A stretch of DNA of 64,000 bases, taken from an uncultured delta proteobacterium. GTDB taxonomy: Bacteria > Desulfobacterota > Binatia > UBA9968. The stretch covers positions 256,001 through 320,000 of the forward strand of contig CAVTUQ010000025.1 of assembly GCA_963737905.1 (NCBI GenBank). The letters run 5' to 3'. The translations under genes and the position numbers were made by a program. How positions within the stretch are numbered: the stretch's first letter is position 1; each line of letters starts with the position of its first letter. Of the stretch, positions 1 to 10,655 are shown one piece after another. The notes beneath the pieces were generated by a model. It did no database searches. It worked only from the letters and a program-made list of their open reading frames with translations, and was not told where the DNA came from.

Positions 1-868
1 CGCGCTTGATACTGAGTTTACCTCGCGCTGTAAAGAGCGTGCCGTTTCGAGCGTTGCGCGTCGGCAGGACACAATCGAACAGATCAAAACCGGCGCGGAC
101 GGCGTTCAGGAGGTCTTCGGGCCTGCCTACCCCCATGAGATAGCGTGGCCGAGCTTCGGGCAGCCATCCCACCGTGGATGCCGCGATGGAATGAAGTAAC
201 GCCTCCCCTTCCCCTACGCCCAGGCCGCCCACGGCAAAGCCGTCGAAGGGCATGGGAGCCATCTCCCGGACACACTGCTCCCGAAGATCTTTATACATCC
301 CGCCTTGAATAATACCGAACATCAATTGATCTACTTTGCTTCGGGTTCTCAGACAACGTTCAGCCCAGCGAATCGTTCTCGCCGTGGAATCTCGAACATA
401 CTCTCGGTTCGCGTCATGGGGGATACATTCGTCCAGAACCATCGCGATGTCGCTGCCAAGATCCTCTTGAATCTGAATCACACCCTCTGGGGTAAGGAGA
501 TGATAGGACCCATCCAGATGCGACTGAAAGCGAACCCCTTCTTCAGAGAGTTTTCGCATCGCGCCGAGGCTAAAGACTTGGTAGCCTCCGCTGTCTGTCA
601 AAATCGGCCCGTCCCAGCCCATGAAACGATGGAGCCCGCCCAGTTCGCGAATCAGCTCGGCGCCTGGGCGGAGATAGAGATGATAAGTATTCCCAAGCAA
701 AATCTGACAACCCATCTCTTTTAAATCTCTGGGCAGCACAGCCTTTACTGTTCCCTGAGTGCCGACGGGCATAAAGGCGGGGGTTTCCACAACGCCATGC
801 GCGGTGACCAGTCGGCCGAGACGTGCACCCGCCGGGTCCTTTTTGATGATTGCAAAGTGTGAAACCAT
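1..868 (-). CDS. tgt: tRNA-guanine transglycosylase (3' end runs off the window)
   Basis: Not in the ORF track. Manual minus-strand translation from ATG 868 gives ETPAFMPVGTQGTVK, LGNTYHL, LTDSGGYQVFSL, PRYLMGVG and DLFDCVLPTRNARNG, open to base 1. Adjacent to queA. Confidence 0.95.
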   Translation of the reverse strand, partial: MVSHFAIIKKDPAGARLGRLVTAHGVVETPAFMPVGTQGTVKAVLPRDLKEMGCQILLGNTYHLYLRPGAELIRELGGLHRFMGWDGPILTDSGGYQVFSLGAMRKLSEEGVRFQSHLDGSYHLLTPEGVIQIQEDLGSDIAMVLDECIPHDANREYVRDSTARTIRWAERCLRTRSKVDQLMFGIIQGGMYKDLREQCVREMAPMPFDGFAVGGLGVGEGEALLHSIAASTVGWLPEARPRYLMGVGRPEDLLNAVRAGFDLFDCVLPTRNARNGTLFTARGKLSIKR

Positions 869-940
869 GTCCAATTTTCGCTTGTTTGGATTTTAGGATC
901 AGCGCTTAATCTGAAAACGACAATCTAAAAATCCCAACTG

Positions 941-1978
941 TTAAAGTATGAGCATCGCATCGCCGTAACTGTAAAACCGATACCGCATTTTGATCGCTTC
1001 GGCGTAGGCGCGCCGCACCAGTTCACGTCCGGCAAACGCAACCACTAGAATCAGGGGCGTCGAAGCCGGTAAATGAAAATTGGTAATCAATGCGTCGATG
1101 ACCCGGAAAGGATCACCGGGACGGATGAAAAGACGAGCAATCCCGTGGTCCGCTTTCACCTCTCCCGTTCGTCGCACAACCCATTCGAGTGTTCGCGTAC
1201 TGGTGGACCCGACAGCGACCACACGATGACCATCCCGTTTCGTCCGATTGATCCGCGCCGCCGTCTCAAACGGCAGGGTGTAACGCTCCCCTTCCATCCG
1301 GTGGTTTTCGAGAAGCTCTTCCCGTACCGGCTGAAAGGTACCTGGCCCTACATGAAGCGTCAATAGGGTTCTGTCGATTCCCCTCGCCCGTAACGCCTCG
1401 AACAGCTCCGGAGTAAAATGAAATCCCGCGGTAGGCGCCGCGACAGCCCCTGGACTGGCGGCATAGACGGTTTGATATCGTTCCCAGTCCAACTCCGCCG
1501 TGTGCCGAGTCCGAGTAATGTAATGTGGCAGCGGCAGTTCTCCAATCGCCTCGAGTTGTTCATTGAATTCGCCCGAATGACGGAACTCCAACCCAAAGCG
1601 ACCGCCTCCGAGGTCGCCGATAACCTGGGCCGTCATATTTTCATTGAACCGAATTCGGCTGCCTACTGCCGGTTTTTTCCGCCCATTGACAATAGTGATC
1701 CACAGGCTGCGCCCCTCGGGAAAACGCTCTAATAACAAAACTTCTACCTTGCCACCGCTTTCCTTGGCACCGTGAAGTCGCGCAGGAAACACCTTCGCAT
1801 CGTTGAGCACAAGGAGGTCTCCGGGATCTAAAAAACTCCCCAGTTCTGAAAAGACGCCGTGAATCAGTTCACCCGTGTTTCGTTTGACGACCAACAGGCG
1901 TGAGGCTTGTCGATCGTGGCTCGGATACGCCGCGATCAGGGAATCTGGAAGTTCGTATTTGAACTCTTTGAGGTTCAT
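941..1978 (-). CDS. queA: S-adenosylmethionine:tRNA ribosyltransferase-isomerase
   Basis: Motifs GAVAAPTAGFHFT, LHVGPGTF, LITNFHLP, YRFYSYGDAMLI. Start placed at MNLKEFKYELP. Confidence 0.97.
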   Translation of the reverse strand: MNLKEFKYELPDSLIAAYPSHDRQASRLLVVKRNTGELIHGVFSELGSFLDPGDLLVLNDAKVFPARLHGAKESGGKVEVLLLERFPEGRSLWITIVNGRKKPAVGSRIRFNENMTAQVIGDLGGGRFGLEFRHSGEFNEQLEAIGELPLPHYITRTRHTAELDWERYQTVYAASPGAVAAPTAGFHFTPELFEALRARGIDRTLLTLHVGPGTFQPVREELLENHRMEGERYTLPFETAARINRTKRDGHRVVAVGSTSTRTLEWVVRRTGEVKADHGIARLFIRPGDPFRVIDALITNFHLPASTPLILVVAFAGRELVRRAYAEAIKMRYRFYSYGDAMLIL

Positions 1979-2087
1979 ACAAGTCTGGCCTTCGTCTGAA
2001 ACGCAGGGCCAGATCCGCCGGTAGCGCCGCCTCCAAAGGGTCGGGGCAAGCGCCAAAGGGTAGGAGATTCGCTAGCAGAAAAAATCG

Positions 2088-2846
2088 CTATGTTGAGTCG
2101 CTTTTCTTCAGGAACGGCGTGAGTAAATCGATGGGCACGGGAAATATCGTCGTTGAGTTTTTTTCCGACGCTACCTCGACGAGGCTCTGTAAGAAACGAA
2201 GCTGTAGTGCCATGGGCTGCCTGCCGATGACTTCGGCAGCGTCGGCGAGCTTTTGCGAGGCTTGAAATTCACCATCCGCATGGATCACCTTTGCGCGTCT
2301 TTCGCGCTCCGCTTCTGCTTGTTTCGCCATAGCCCGTTGCATTTCCTGGGGTAGGTCAATGTGCTTCAATTCAACCAGCACAACCTTGATTCCCCACGGA
2401 TCCGTCTGCGCATCGAGAATCTCTTGAATACGGCTATTAATCCGCTCTCTTTCAGCCAGCAATTCATCCAATTCCGCTTGCCCGCAGACACTCCGCAGAG
2501 TGACTTGCGCAAGCTGAGAAGTGGCAAACAAATAGTTCTCCACCTCACGCACGGCCTTATTCGGCTCCAAGACGCGAAAATAAAGCACGGCATTGACTTT
2601 CACTGAAACGTTGTCCCGCGTGATAACATCTTGGGGCGGGATATCCATCGTGACGGTCCGCAGGTCCATCTTCACCATTTTCTCGATACCTGGAATGACG
2701 TAAACCAACCCGGGTCCCCGGGAGCCAACCATACGGCCAAGACGGAAAACGACGGCCCGTTCATATTCTTTGAGGATCTTGACGCCGCTGATGATCGCAA
2801 CAAGAACAAGTATAATGAATGTAAGCGGTACTCCCAGACCAAACAT
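2088..2846 (-). CDS. SPFH/band-7 stomatin-like (slipin) protein
   Basis: N-terminal TM helix, [47 protein letters not shown]. Paired with nfeD. Confidence 0.93.
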   Translation of the reverse strand: MFGLGVPLTFIILVLVAIISGVKILKEYERAVVFRLGRMVGSRGPGLVYVIPGIEKMVKMDLRTVTMDIPPQDVITRDNVSVKVNAVLYFRVLEPNKAVREVENYLFATSQLAQVTLRSVCGQAELDELLAERERINSRIQEILDAQTDPWGIKVVLVELKHIDLPQEMQRAMAKQAEAERERRAKVIHADGEFQASQKLADAAEVIGRQPMALQLRFLQSLVEVASEKNSTTIFPVPIDLLTPFLKKSDST

Positions 2847-2864
2847 ATTCGCCTCCCCCTCTGC

Positions 2865-4172
2865 TTACGATGATCGACCGGACAATCGCCGCACTTTGAG
2901 ACTCAGCCCTTGACCTCCGACAATTTCAACCTTTTCACCCGTGTCGATCTCGCCGTCGGCTTCAGCGTTCCACAACTCTCCACGAACGAAGACTTTTCCT
3001 GCCGGATTCAGTTTTGCTCTGACATCACCGATCTCTCCCAGCATCCCGTCGAGTCCTAACGTTGGTTTCGATTTCTGCGAGCGATAGACCAAATAGCTGA
3101 TGGCTAGGACAAAGGATGCCAGTGTGGCAACGGCGGTAAAGATAATCGAACGATCAACCCCCACGCCTGAATCCTGGGTGTCGAAAAGTAGAAAAGAACC
3201 CAGCGCAAGGGAAATCACGCCGCCGATGCCAAGCACCCCGAAGCTTGGGACAAAAGCCTCGCCGATCAAAAGCGCGACCCCGAGAAATATCAAGAAAAGC
3301 CCCGCATAACTAAAAGAAAGAACCTGCAAGGAGATTAAAGCCAAAATCAAACATATGGCGCCGGCGACGCCGGGGAAAATCACTCCAGGATGAGAGAACT
3401 CCATGTAGAGCCCGAGAATCCCGGCCATGAGCAGAAGATAAGCGATGTTCGGGTCAGCGATGATATTGATCACTCGATCCTTGAGGTTCATCTCATGCCG
3501 ACTGACTTTGACATCTTTTAGCGCGAGTGTATGGGGCCGGCCATCGAGATCCACTTTGCGCCCGTCCGATTGTTTCAGTAGGTCGTCGATGTCCTTGGCC
3601 ACGATATCGACGACGTTCAGCTTCAGGGCTTCTTTTTCGGTGATCGAAACGCTCTTACGTACCGCTTGAATCGCCCACTCCGCATTTCGGCCCCGCTGCC
3701 GCGCGATGGTTTCGCTGAACGATGCGGTGAAGTTTTCAATCTTCTCCCCCATCACGCCTTTGACTTCCTGTCCACCTCCCCCCACCGGATGGGCGGCGCC
3801 GATATTAGTGCCAGGTGCCATGGCCGCGACGTGCGCCGACATCGTGATGAATACGCCGGCGGAGCCCGCACCGGCACCGCTGGGGGCGACGTAGACGATC
3901 ACCGGAACCGGCGCGGCGAAAATTTCTTTGACGATCGTGCGTGTCGAACTGAGCAGCCCGCCTGGAGTATCGAGTTGAATGACCAGGGCTCGTGCTCCGT
4001 TTGACTTGGCGCGCGCGATGCTCTCTCGGATAAAGTCGTCTACGGCCGGATTGATGCTGCCGTCAATGACTATGAGGTCGACGTGCGGCGCTGACGCATC
4101 CTTGGGCTGCGCCAGCGCCGAGAAGCCCGCCGCCACGAAAATCATGAAGAGCGCGATTCTAAGCGTTCTCAC
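2865..4172 (-). CDS. nfeD: NfeD-family membrane-bound serine protease (ClpP-class)
   Basis: LDTPGGL, AGSAGVFI, APGTNIGAAHPV, TM block, C-terminal OB-fold GKVFVRGELWNA. Confidence 0.92.
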   Translation of the reverse strand: MRTLRIALFMIFVAAGFSALAQPKDASAPHVDLIVIDGSINPAVDDFIRESIARAKSNGARALVIQLDTPGGLLSSTRTIVKEIFAAPVPVIVYVAPSGAGAGSAGVFITMSAHVAAMAPGTNIGAAHPVGGGGQEVKGVMGEKIENFTASFSETIARQRGRNAEWAIQAVRKSVSITEKEALKLNVVDIVAKDIDDLLKQSDGRKVDLDGRPHTLALKDVKVSRHEMNLKDRVINIIADPNIAYLLLMAGILGLYMEFSHPGVIFPGVAGAICLILALISLQVLSFSYAGLFLIFLGVALLIGEAFVPSFGVLGIGGVISLALGSFLLFDTQDSGVGVDRSIIFTAVATLASFVLAISYLVYRSQKSKPTLGLDGMLGEIGDVRAKLNPAGKVFVRGELWNAEADGEIDTGEKVEIVGGQGLSLKVRRLSGRSS

Positions 4173-4920
4173 CGTTCATCTCTTTGATAACTTTCTTGAT
4201 GTCTTCCCAAACAAGCTTCTTGTCTCCGGGGTTACGCAATAAATAAGCGGGGTGAAACGTCGGCATCAGTTTGATTCCATGATAGCTATGCCAATTGCCC
4301 CGCAGTTTTGTAATTGGAACTTTGCTCTGCAGCAACGTCTGAACCGCAAATTTACCCAGAGCGATAATAATTTCGGGCCGAACGAGATCGATCTGCTTCT
4401 TGAGGAACGGCTCGCAGGATGCAACCTCATCGGGCTCAGGATTGCGATTTTCCGGCGGCCGACACTTCACCACATTGGCGATATAGACATCCTCGCGCTT
4501 GAGCCCCATCCCTTTCGTAATGATATCGGTGAGCAGTTGCCCCGCCCGTCCCACAAAAGGCTCCCCTTGCAGATCTTCGTCACGACCCGGTCCTTCGCCA
4601 ATGAACATCAACCTGGCCTTGGGATTGCCCACTCCGAAGACGAGATGTGTACGACCTGACCATAGCTTGCAGCGCCGGCAATCACCGATGGTCGCCCGGA
4701 GCTCTTCCAGAGTCTTGGTTGTGTCCGTTTCTGATGAGTCGGAAAAGAGATCCCCTTCCGTCCCGCTCAGCAAGTTTTCGTTGGTTACGGTAATAGAATT
4801 CGCTTGAGGAACCTCGTCCCTCGAAAGAAATCGGATGCCAACGCGTTCTTGCCGTTGTATATGACGGCGAAAGGACATCACCAACGTCGCCAATTCTTGC
4901 CTGTCACTGCCTGTCGACAC
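4159..4920 (-). CDS. Uracil-DNA glycosylase, family 4 (4Fe-4S)
   Basis: [38 protein letters not shown]. Confidence 0.95.
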   Translation of the reverse strand: MSTGSDRQELATLVMSFRRHIQRQERVGIRFLSRDEVPQANSITVTNENLLSGTEGDLFSDSSETDTTKTLEELRATIGDCRRCKLWSGRTHLVFGVGNPKARLMFIGEGPGRDEDLQGEPFVGRAGQLLTDIITKGMGLKREDVYIANVVKCRPPENRNPEPDEVASCEPFLKKQIDLVRPEIIIALGKFAVQTLLQSKVPITKLRGNWHSYHGIKLMPTFHPAYLLRNPGDKKLVWEDIKKVIKEMNGENA

Positions 4921-5011
4921 GATTGAAGCATCCTATGACTGTCGAAGGATCTTAGCACCATCTGTCGAGGCGTCGCAATATCGAGTCGCTGGTTGTTTTT
5001 CGCGGTCCGAC

Positions 5012-5554
5012 TCAGCCGGCCTTCCGTAGTTGCTCGAGATAAATCGATCGGACAGAAGTTAAGAAAGCCAGCGTCTCAATCCATAGGTAATCTGGATAGG
5101 TATGCGGGCAGGCTTGAAATGCGCCATCATAGTAAAGCAAAGTCGTCTCGCCGTAGATCCCGGACTTGAGATAGATACGATGTCCGGCATTTTTGGTCGA
5201 GGCAAGAACCGCCTTGCCGGCCTCAAGATAGCCGGGGTCGATATTCACCCTTCGCCCCGTCCCCTGCGGCCCGCCGGATCTATAGTGTCGCTCCACCTCT
5301 CGGGTTTGGAGTTTGATGCCCGCCAGGTTTCCCGGCGAATTCAATTGAGAAAAAGCGACGAAGCGCCGGAGCAAGCTGGCCCCCATCTCGTTTTCATAGA
5401 ACGTGGAAAGGTTCCAGGGCAAGGTTTGACTGCGGGCGTCGATGGCCCCGAAGATAGCGGTCAGATCGGCTTCAACGGAATTCAGGAGATCAACCTCGGA
5501 CGAGAGCAAGCCAACAAAGTACTTTGCCGGTTTGGGATCTCTGGGGATTCCCAT
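5012..5554 (-). CDS. DUF4416-family protein
   Basis: YENEMG, RRVNIDPGYL, LASTKN..HRIYL, TYPDY. Confidence 0.8.
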   Translation of the reverse strand: MGIPRDPKPAKYFVGLLSSEVDLLNSVEADLTAIFGAIDARSQTLPWNLSTFYENEMGASLLRRFVAFSQLNSPGNLAGIKLQTREVERHYRSGGPQGTGRRVNIDPGYLEAGKAVLASTKNAGHRIYLKSGIYGETTLLYYDGAFQACPHTYPDYLWIETLAFLTSVRSIYLEQLRKAG

Positions 5555-5555
5555 C

Positions 5556-6761
5556 TCAACGCTGACTTTTTAGGGTAAGCAGATGATCAAGAATTTGCTC
5601 AGCGAGGTCATCTTTGCTCATGAGCGGCAATGAACGGACGGCACCGGCACGATCAAGAATCGTCGCGAGATTGGTATCAACGTCGAAGCCGGCTCCTTCT
5701 TCGCTGACGTTATTGGCGACGATCATGTCGAGGTTTTTCTCTCTAAGCTTTTTTTCAGCATTGGCTACCAGCTCTTCTGTCTCGGCGGCAAATCCCACCA
5801 ACATCTTTCCGTTCTTCCTAGCGCCGATCTCCTTGAGAATGTCAGGATTGGGTTCGAGACGAAGTTCGATCGGACCTTCACCCCGTTTCATCTTCTTGTT
5901 AACGAAACCAACCGGACGATAATCCGTGACGGCTGCTGCCATGATCACAGCCGTACACTGGGGAAACTCCTCCAGAACGGCATGCCGCATCTCGGCAGCC
6001 GTCGTCACCGCTATAAGACGAACCCCCGTAGGAGTCTGAAGCTCGGTCGGACCGCTGACGAGAAGTACCTCCGCTCCTCTTCGAAGTCCCGCGCGCGCGA
6101 GCGCATATCCCATTTTTCCGGACGACCGATTCGATAGATAGCGTACTGGATCCAACGGTTCCCGATTTGGACCCGCGGTAATCAATAGCTTCTCGCCAAC
6201 CAAATCCTTCTTTTTGAGCAAGCGGCGGATTTCATCCACGACCTTCTCTGGTTCCGGTAAGCGCCCTTTGCCCTCATAGCCGCATGCGAGATAGCCTTCG
6301 GCAGGTTCCATGAAATGGTAGCCGAGCCGCCGCAACTTCCGGATATTTTCCTGGAGGATCGGATTTGCGTACATGTGAATATTCATGGCAGGTGCGACTA
6401 AAACCGGCGCCTGGGTCGCCATAAGCACAGTTGTCAAGAGGTCGTCAGCAATACCGGCAGCGATCTTGCCGATCACATTCGCGGTTGCAGGCGCAATGAC
6501 AAAAAGATCGGCCCCATCCGCCAGATTGATGTGACCGATTTCAGATTCCTGGGTTAGATTGAATGTTTCAGTGCCAACCGGCATGCCGGAAAGGGTTTGA
6601 AAAGTCAGCGGCGTCACGAACTCCATCGCGCCCCTTGTCATGATGACCTGAACGATGAAACCCTCTTTAACCAGCAATCGGACGAGCTCGACGGCCTTAT
6701 AACACGCAATCCCGCCGGTCACGCCAAGCACCAACGCGGGTTTTTCTTGGTTAACGACCAC
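5556..6761 (-). CDS. coaBC: Bifunctional phosphopantothenoylcysteine decarboxylase/ligase
   Basis: GVTGGIACYK, APATAN, PAMNIHM, LACGYEGKGRL, DPVRYLSNRSSGKMG, VGFAAET. Confidence 0.97.
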   Translation of the reverse strand: MVVNQEKPALVLGVTGGIACYKAVELVRLLVKEGFIVQVIMTRGAMEFVTPLTFQTLSGMPVGTETFNLTQESEIGHINLADGADLFVIAPATANVIGKIAAGIADDLLTTVLMATQAPVLVAPAMNIHMYANPILQENIRKLRRLGYHFMEPAEGYLACGYEGKGRLPEPEKVVDEIRRLLKKKDLVGEKLLITAGPNREPLDPVRYLSNRSSGKMGYALARAGLRRGAEVLLVSGPTELQTPTGVRLIAVTTAAEMRHAVLEEFPQCTAVIMAAAVTDYRPVGFVNKKMKRGEGPIELRLEPNPDILKEIGARKNGKMLVGFAAETEELVANAEKKLREKNLDMIVANNVSEEGAGFDVDTNLATILDRAGAVRSLPLMSKDDLAEQILDHLLTLKSQR

Positions 6762-6966
6762 GGCCTAAAATAGCCAATTGGTCGGGTGCTTGCAAACCTT
6801 TATCACCTCGGGACACTGTCGTAGCCAAGGACCCAGGGCGACGTTAAGTGACTTCATTGGCACTTTTTGTCATTTCTCGCGGATAATGAACAGGGTTGGC
6901 CCGGCACTAGATCCAAGAAGTTCCTTAGAGTGCTAACATGCCTTTATCGTGGTTATTTTCAACTCT

Positions 6967-6982
6967 TGGCATGATTTTGGCT
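6967..6982 (+). promoter_or_regulatory. Possible sigma-54 (-24/-12) promoter upstream of the mlaA-like gene
   Basis: TGGCATGATTTTGGCT has GG-N10-GC spacing about 100 bp before the ATG. The -12 element is imperfect. Confidence 0.3.
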
Positions 6983-7082
6983 GCGTTAGGATATCGCTCA
7001 AAAACACTAATTTCCGCGCCCGATTCACGCGTTATTGACACTTGACCAAGATTCCAAGTTCATGTAAGCCTAGGAGACGAAA

Positions 7083-7922
7083 ATGAAAATTGGCTATAGG
7101 TTTCGATTATTGTGCGCCAGGCTGCTTGTACTGTTCACGATCGGGTTGGGGCTAACGTTATTTACGATGACTGTGGCCCATTCCCAGGAGGAGACAGATA
7201 GGACTGTCGGGAGCAAGGATGTCGCGGGTACGGTAGTCGCTCAGGCACCCGTTGATAAACAGGCGGCCCAAACGGATACCACGTCAATGGCCGAAGGCTC
7301 GGCAGCGGGAGGTGATTTTGAATTCGACCCTTGGGAACCGTTCAACGAGAAAATGTTTTGGTTCAACCGCGAGGTTCTGGACCGCTTTGTGCTCAAACCC
7401 GTGGCAACGGCGTGGGACTTTGTTCTTCCTACCCCGGTTCAGAAGGGAGTTCACAACGTATTTGATAATCTTGCAGTGGTGCGGCGGGTGGTAAACAATG
7501 CTCTGCAATTGAAATTTGCCGGCGCGGCAAAGGAGGCCGCTCGATTCACGATCAATAGCACGATTGGAGTTGTGGGGTTTTTTGACGTGGCAAAAGAAGG
7601 ATTCGGTATAGAGCAAAGCGACCAGGATATGGGGCTGACGTTTGGTGTTTGGGGAATCGGTCCAGGGCCCTTTTTAGTCCTGCCGTTTCTACCGCCTTTG
7701 ACAGTGCGCGACGGGATTGGATACGCGGTGGACGTAGCGATGACCCCGTATATCTATTTCATCCCATGGTATGCCAGTATAGGGAGCACAGCCACTAACA
7801 TGGTCAACGAGCGCTCGCTGAATCTCGACCGTTTTGAGCGCGTCGCGGAGTCAACGGTGGACCTCTACGGCGCGGTTCGTAATGCTTACCTCCAGAGACG
7901 AGCAGCACAGATCCGGCGTTAA
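7083..7922 (+). CDS. mlaA: MlaA/VacJ-family lipid asymmetry protein
   Basis: DPWEPFNEKMFWFN, RFTINSTIG, DMGLTFGVWG, GPFLVLPFLPP, DLYGAVRNAYLQRR. Confidence 0.9.
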   Translation: MKIGYRFRLLCARLLVLFTIGLGLTLFTMTVAHSQEETDRTVGSKDVAGTVVAQAPVDKQAAQTDTTSMAEGSAAGGDFEFDPWEPFNEKMFWFNREVLDRFVLKPVATAWDFVLPTPVQKGVHNVFDNLAVVRRVVNNALQLKFAGAAKEAARFTINSTIGVVGFFDVAKEGFGIEQSDQDMGLTFGVWGIGPGPFLVLPFLPPLTVRDGIGYAVDVAMTPYIYFIPWYASIGSTATNMVNERSLNLDRFERVAESTVDLYGAVRNAYLQRRAAQIRR

Positions 7923-8136
7923 ATCAATCGGTTAAAGAACACCTTACCTCTCATTCTTCGGCTGGTTATCGAAAGCCAGCGAATTTTCCTCAGGCCTGTA
8001 AGGAGTCGCTGTTTCGACTATTGACAACAACCCGGCTGTTCATTAAGAAAATAAGGCCCATTGGGCGGCCGCGCGGGGTTCGAATGGGGCCTTCTTCGGG
8101 CTTCGACAAATCTCTCAAGAGTGGAATTGAAAAAAC

Positions 8137-8496
8137 ATGCCAAGAACAAAAAAGAAGAGCGTAGGACGACCTGCGAAGAACCGATCTGATAACTATTTCG
8201 ACGACGCCGGCCACGACGAAGCGGAAGACGAAGATCTACCAAGCGACGAAGCGGGCAGACGCAAGATTAAGAAGAACTACGAAGAGCTGTTGGGCATTCG
8301 CATCGAGAAACTCCGGGGTCGGATCCTCAACCGCGAGAAAATCAACAAGAGCATCGATGGAGTTTATTTCATCTGCTTCGAATGCAAAAAAATCTGCCAC
8401 AATCTCGACGAAGGCTGGGTCGAGGAAGCAGAAACCCAAAATAGCTTTTGCGGAACCTGCGCCAAAGTCAAAGGCATCCGCAGCAGCGCCGCTTAG
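8137..8496 (+). CDS. Hypothetical C4 zinc-finger protein (weakly DksA/TraR-like)
   Basis: Basic N-terminus with GRP, acidic tract, helical segment, CxxC-x21-CxxC. Upstream TTGACA-N17-TAAGAA. Confidence 0.6.
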   Translation: MPRTKKKSVGRPAKNRSDNYFDDAGHDEAEDEDLPSDEAGRRKIKKNYEELLGIRIEKLRGRILNREKINKSIDGVYFICFECKKICHNLDEGWVEEAETQNSFCGTCAKVKGIRSSAA

Positions 8497-9464
8497 GGCG
8501 TCCCCTTTAAACGGTTGAGTACCTCCTCGAGTTCGACCGGCAATTTCGACTCAGTCTTGACAATCCGGCGGCTCTCAGGGTGGGAAAATTCAAGAAAACA
8601 GGCGTGCAAAAAATGGCGTTTCAAGCCAAGCTTTTCCGGGTTATTCTCGCCATAAAAGGCATCCCCAACGATGGGATGACCGATGGCCGCCAGGTGAACT
8701 CGGATCTGATGGGTCACGCCGGTGTCCATCTCGATTTCCAATAGACTCAACCCGTCAACGTCCTGCAGCTTTCGAAAACGAGTTAAGGCTTCCCAACTCT
8801 TTTGTCTCGTAGAGCGGAGCGAACTATCGGTTATCGCCCGCATCCGTCTCCTGTCGCGAAAATCGTGGGCAATGGGGTAAGTGACCGCGCCTTGAGCCTT
8901 GGTTATACCCCACACCAGCGCCCAATACTTTTTCTTAACTTGCCGCCGGCGAAATTGCAGCCGCAGATCGTCAAAAGCGACCTGCGTTTTGGCAACCAAC
9001 ACCAAGCCCGACGTCTCACGATCGAGACGATGGACCAAACCCGGCTCCCACCGGCTCATGCCGATCACCAGCAGATCGGGACGCTCTGCGGCGAGAAAAT
9101 TTGCCAGCGTATCATGGTCTCGTCCAGAGAAACCGTGCGTCGCCATTCCCCCCGGTTTGTCTACCACCAGAACGGATGCGTCTTCGTAAACGATCTTTAC
9201 CTGAAGGTGGAACTGGGAAACCGGAGTGGTTAGCAGCCAATGCTGCAACCCCTTAAATGTGACCCGATCCCCAGGCAAGAGTTTGTCTCCTTTTTCTCCC
9301 AGCCTTTTATTGATCCGGAAAAGCCTGTCACGGATCGCATTCTCCACTTCTCGACGAGAGAGATGAGGCAAACAACGACGCACGAAGGCGTCGAGGCGTA
9401 TTTCCTCCGAGTCATTGGGAACGATCCATGATCGGGTGATCGAAGGTAACGCTTGCTCCGACAT
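8493..9464 (-). CDS. RluA/RluD-family RNA pseudouridine synthase
   Basis: S4-like RLDAFV, VVDKPGG, HRLDRETSG, TGVTHQIRVH, HFLHA. Confidence 0.92.
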   Translation of the reverse strand: MSEQALPSITRSWIVPNDSEEIRLDAFVRRCLPHLSRREVENAIRDRLFRINKRLGEKGDKLLPGDRVTFKGLQHWLLTTPVSQFHLQVKIVYEDASVLVVDKPGGMATHGFSGRDHDTLANFLAAERPDLLVIGMSRWEPGLVHRLDRETSGLVLVAKTQVAFDDLRLQFRRRQVKKKYWALVWGITKAQGAVTYPIAHDFRDRRRMRAITDSSLRSTRQKSWEALTRFRKLQDVDGLSLLEIEMDTGVTHQIRVHLAAIGHPIVGDAFYGENNPEKLGLKRHFLHACFLEFSHPESRRIVKTESKLPVELEEVLNRLKGTP

Positions 9465-9512
9465 AGTTCCTACCGTACTATACGTTGGAATTATCCGAAC
9501 CGGAACACAGAG

Positions 9513-10625
9513 ATGAAACCACAATGCTACAGCGTGATCATCGCGGGCGGCAAAGGCACACGTTTTTGGCCGCTTAGCCGCTCCCTACGGCCCAAACAAC
9601 TGCTGAAGATTTTGAGTCGACGAAGCCTGATCAGTGAAACAGCCGATCGGGTGTTATCCATCAGCGGGCGAAAACAAACTCTCGTCGTCACGGTGGCGGA
9701 ACAGCTAAACGCACTCCGCAAAGAGCTGCACAATCTTCCCCGAAAGAATTTTCTGGCGGAACCCCAGGGCAATAACACCGCCCCTTGCATCGGGCTAGCG
9801 GCTTTGGAAGTTGCCGCACGGGATCCCGACGCCGTGATGGTCATCCTCCCGGCCGATCACTGGGTTACGGATATCAACGGGTTCCGAAATAAAATCAGGT
9901 CGGCCGTCGAAATTGCAACGCGTCACGATCATTTGGTAACCGTTGGCATTCGACCGGACTATCCTGAAACCGGCTACGGATATATTATGAAGGGAAAATC
10001 GTTTCGCCGACAACCCGGAATCGTATATCAAGTGAAGCGATTCACGGAGAAACCCTCAGTGTCAATGGCGCGACGACTGATTCGGCAAGGTTCTCTCTGG
10101 AATAGCGGCATTTTCGTCTGGAAAGCCTCCCTCCTCTTGGAACTGATGCAACGTTATCAACCCGTGATTGCACGGGGATTGGAGCAAATCAAAAAAGCTG
10201 CGCGCGGAAAGTCGCTCGGTGCTCCATCCCAGCGGCTCCGCAACATCATCTCGCGGGAATATAAAAAGATGCCCAACATCTCCATTGACTACGCCGTTTT
10301 GGAGAAGGCCGGCGCGGAAGGCAAAGTCATCACCTTAGAAACCGACTTCGGCTGGAGCGATGTAGGAAGTTGGGCCGCAGTCCACCGCATGCTGCCGCAC
10401 GATGAGGACGGCAATGCCGGAAACGGCAAATGGCTCACTCTGGGAGCCAAAAATTCTCTAATCCACGCTCAGGACCGCTTGGTGGTGCTCCTGGGCGTCG
10501 AGGACACCGTGGTCGTGGACACACCCGATGCCTTGCTGGTCGGCGACCTCAAGCGGTCACAAGAGGTACGTGAGTTAGTGAATCAGCTGAAGAAGAAAGG
10601 CTACGGCGCTTATACCATCAAGTAA
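9513..10625 (+). CDS. manC: Mannose-1-phosphate guanylyltransferase
   Basis: AGGKGTRFWPLSR..PKQ, EPQGNNTAP, PADH, FTEKP, WSDVGSW. Confidence 0.9.
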   Translation: MKPQCYSVIIAGGKGTRFWPLSRSLRPKQLLKILSRRSLISETADRVLSISGRKQTLVVTVAEQLNALRKELHNLPRKNFLAEPQGNNTAPCIGLAALEVAARDPDAVMVILPADHWVTDINGFRNKIRSAVEIATRHDHLVTVGIRPDYPETGYGYIMKGKSFRRQPGIVYQVKRFTEKPSVSMARRLIRQGSLWNSGIFVWKASLLLELMQRYQPVIARGLEQIKKAARGKSLGAPSQRLRNIISREYKKMPNISIDYAVLEKAGAEGKVITLETDFGWSDVGSWAAVHRMLPHDEDGNAGNGKWLTLGAKNSLIHAQDRLVVLLGVEDTVVVDTPDALLVGDLKRSQEVRELVNQLKKKGYGAYTIK

Positions 10626-10655
10626 CCGCCGCCATAAAAAGTTTCGCTATCCATT

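Noticed and set aside
84-724. ORFs 84..275 (-) and 305..724 (+)
   Set aside because: They are alternative-frame and antisense shadows of tgt, which the ORF track missed because it has no stop in the window.
8073-8092. GGGGTTCGAAT resembling a tRNA T-loop
   Set aside because: No pairing T-stem, acceptor stem or CCA could be built.
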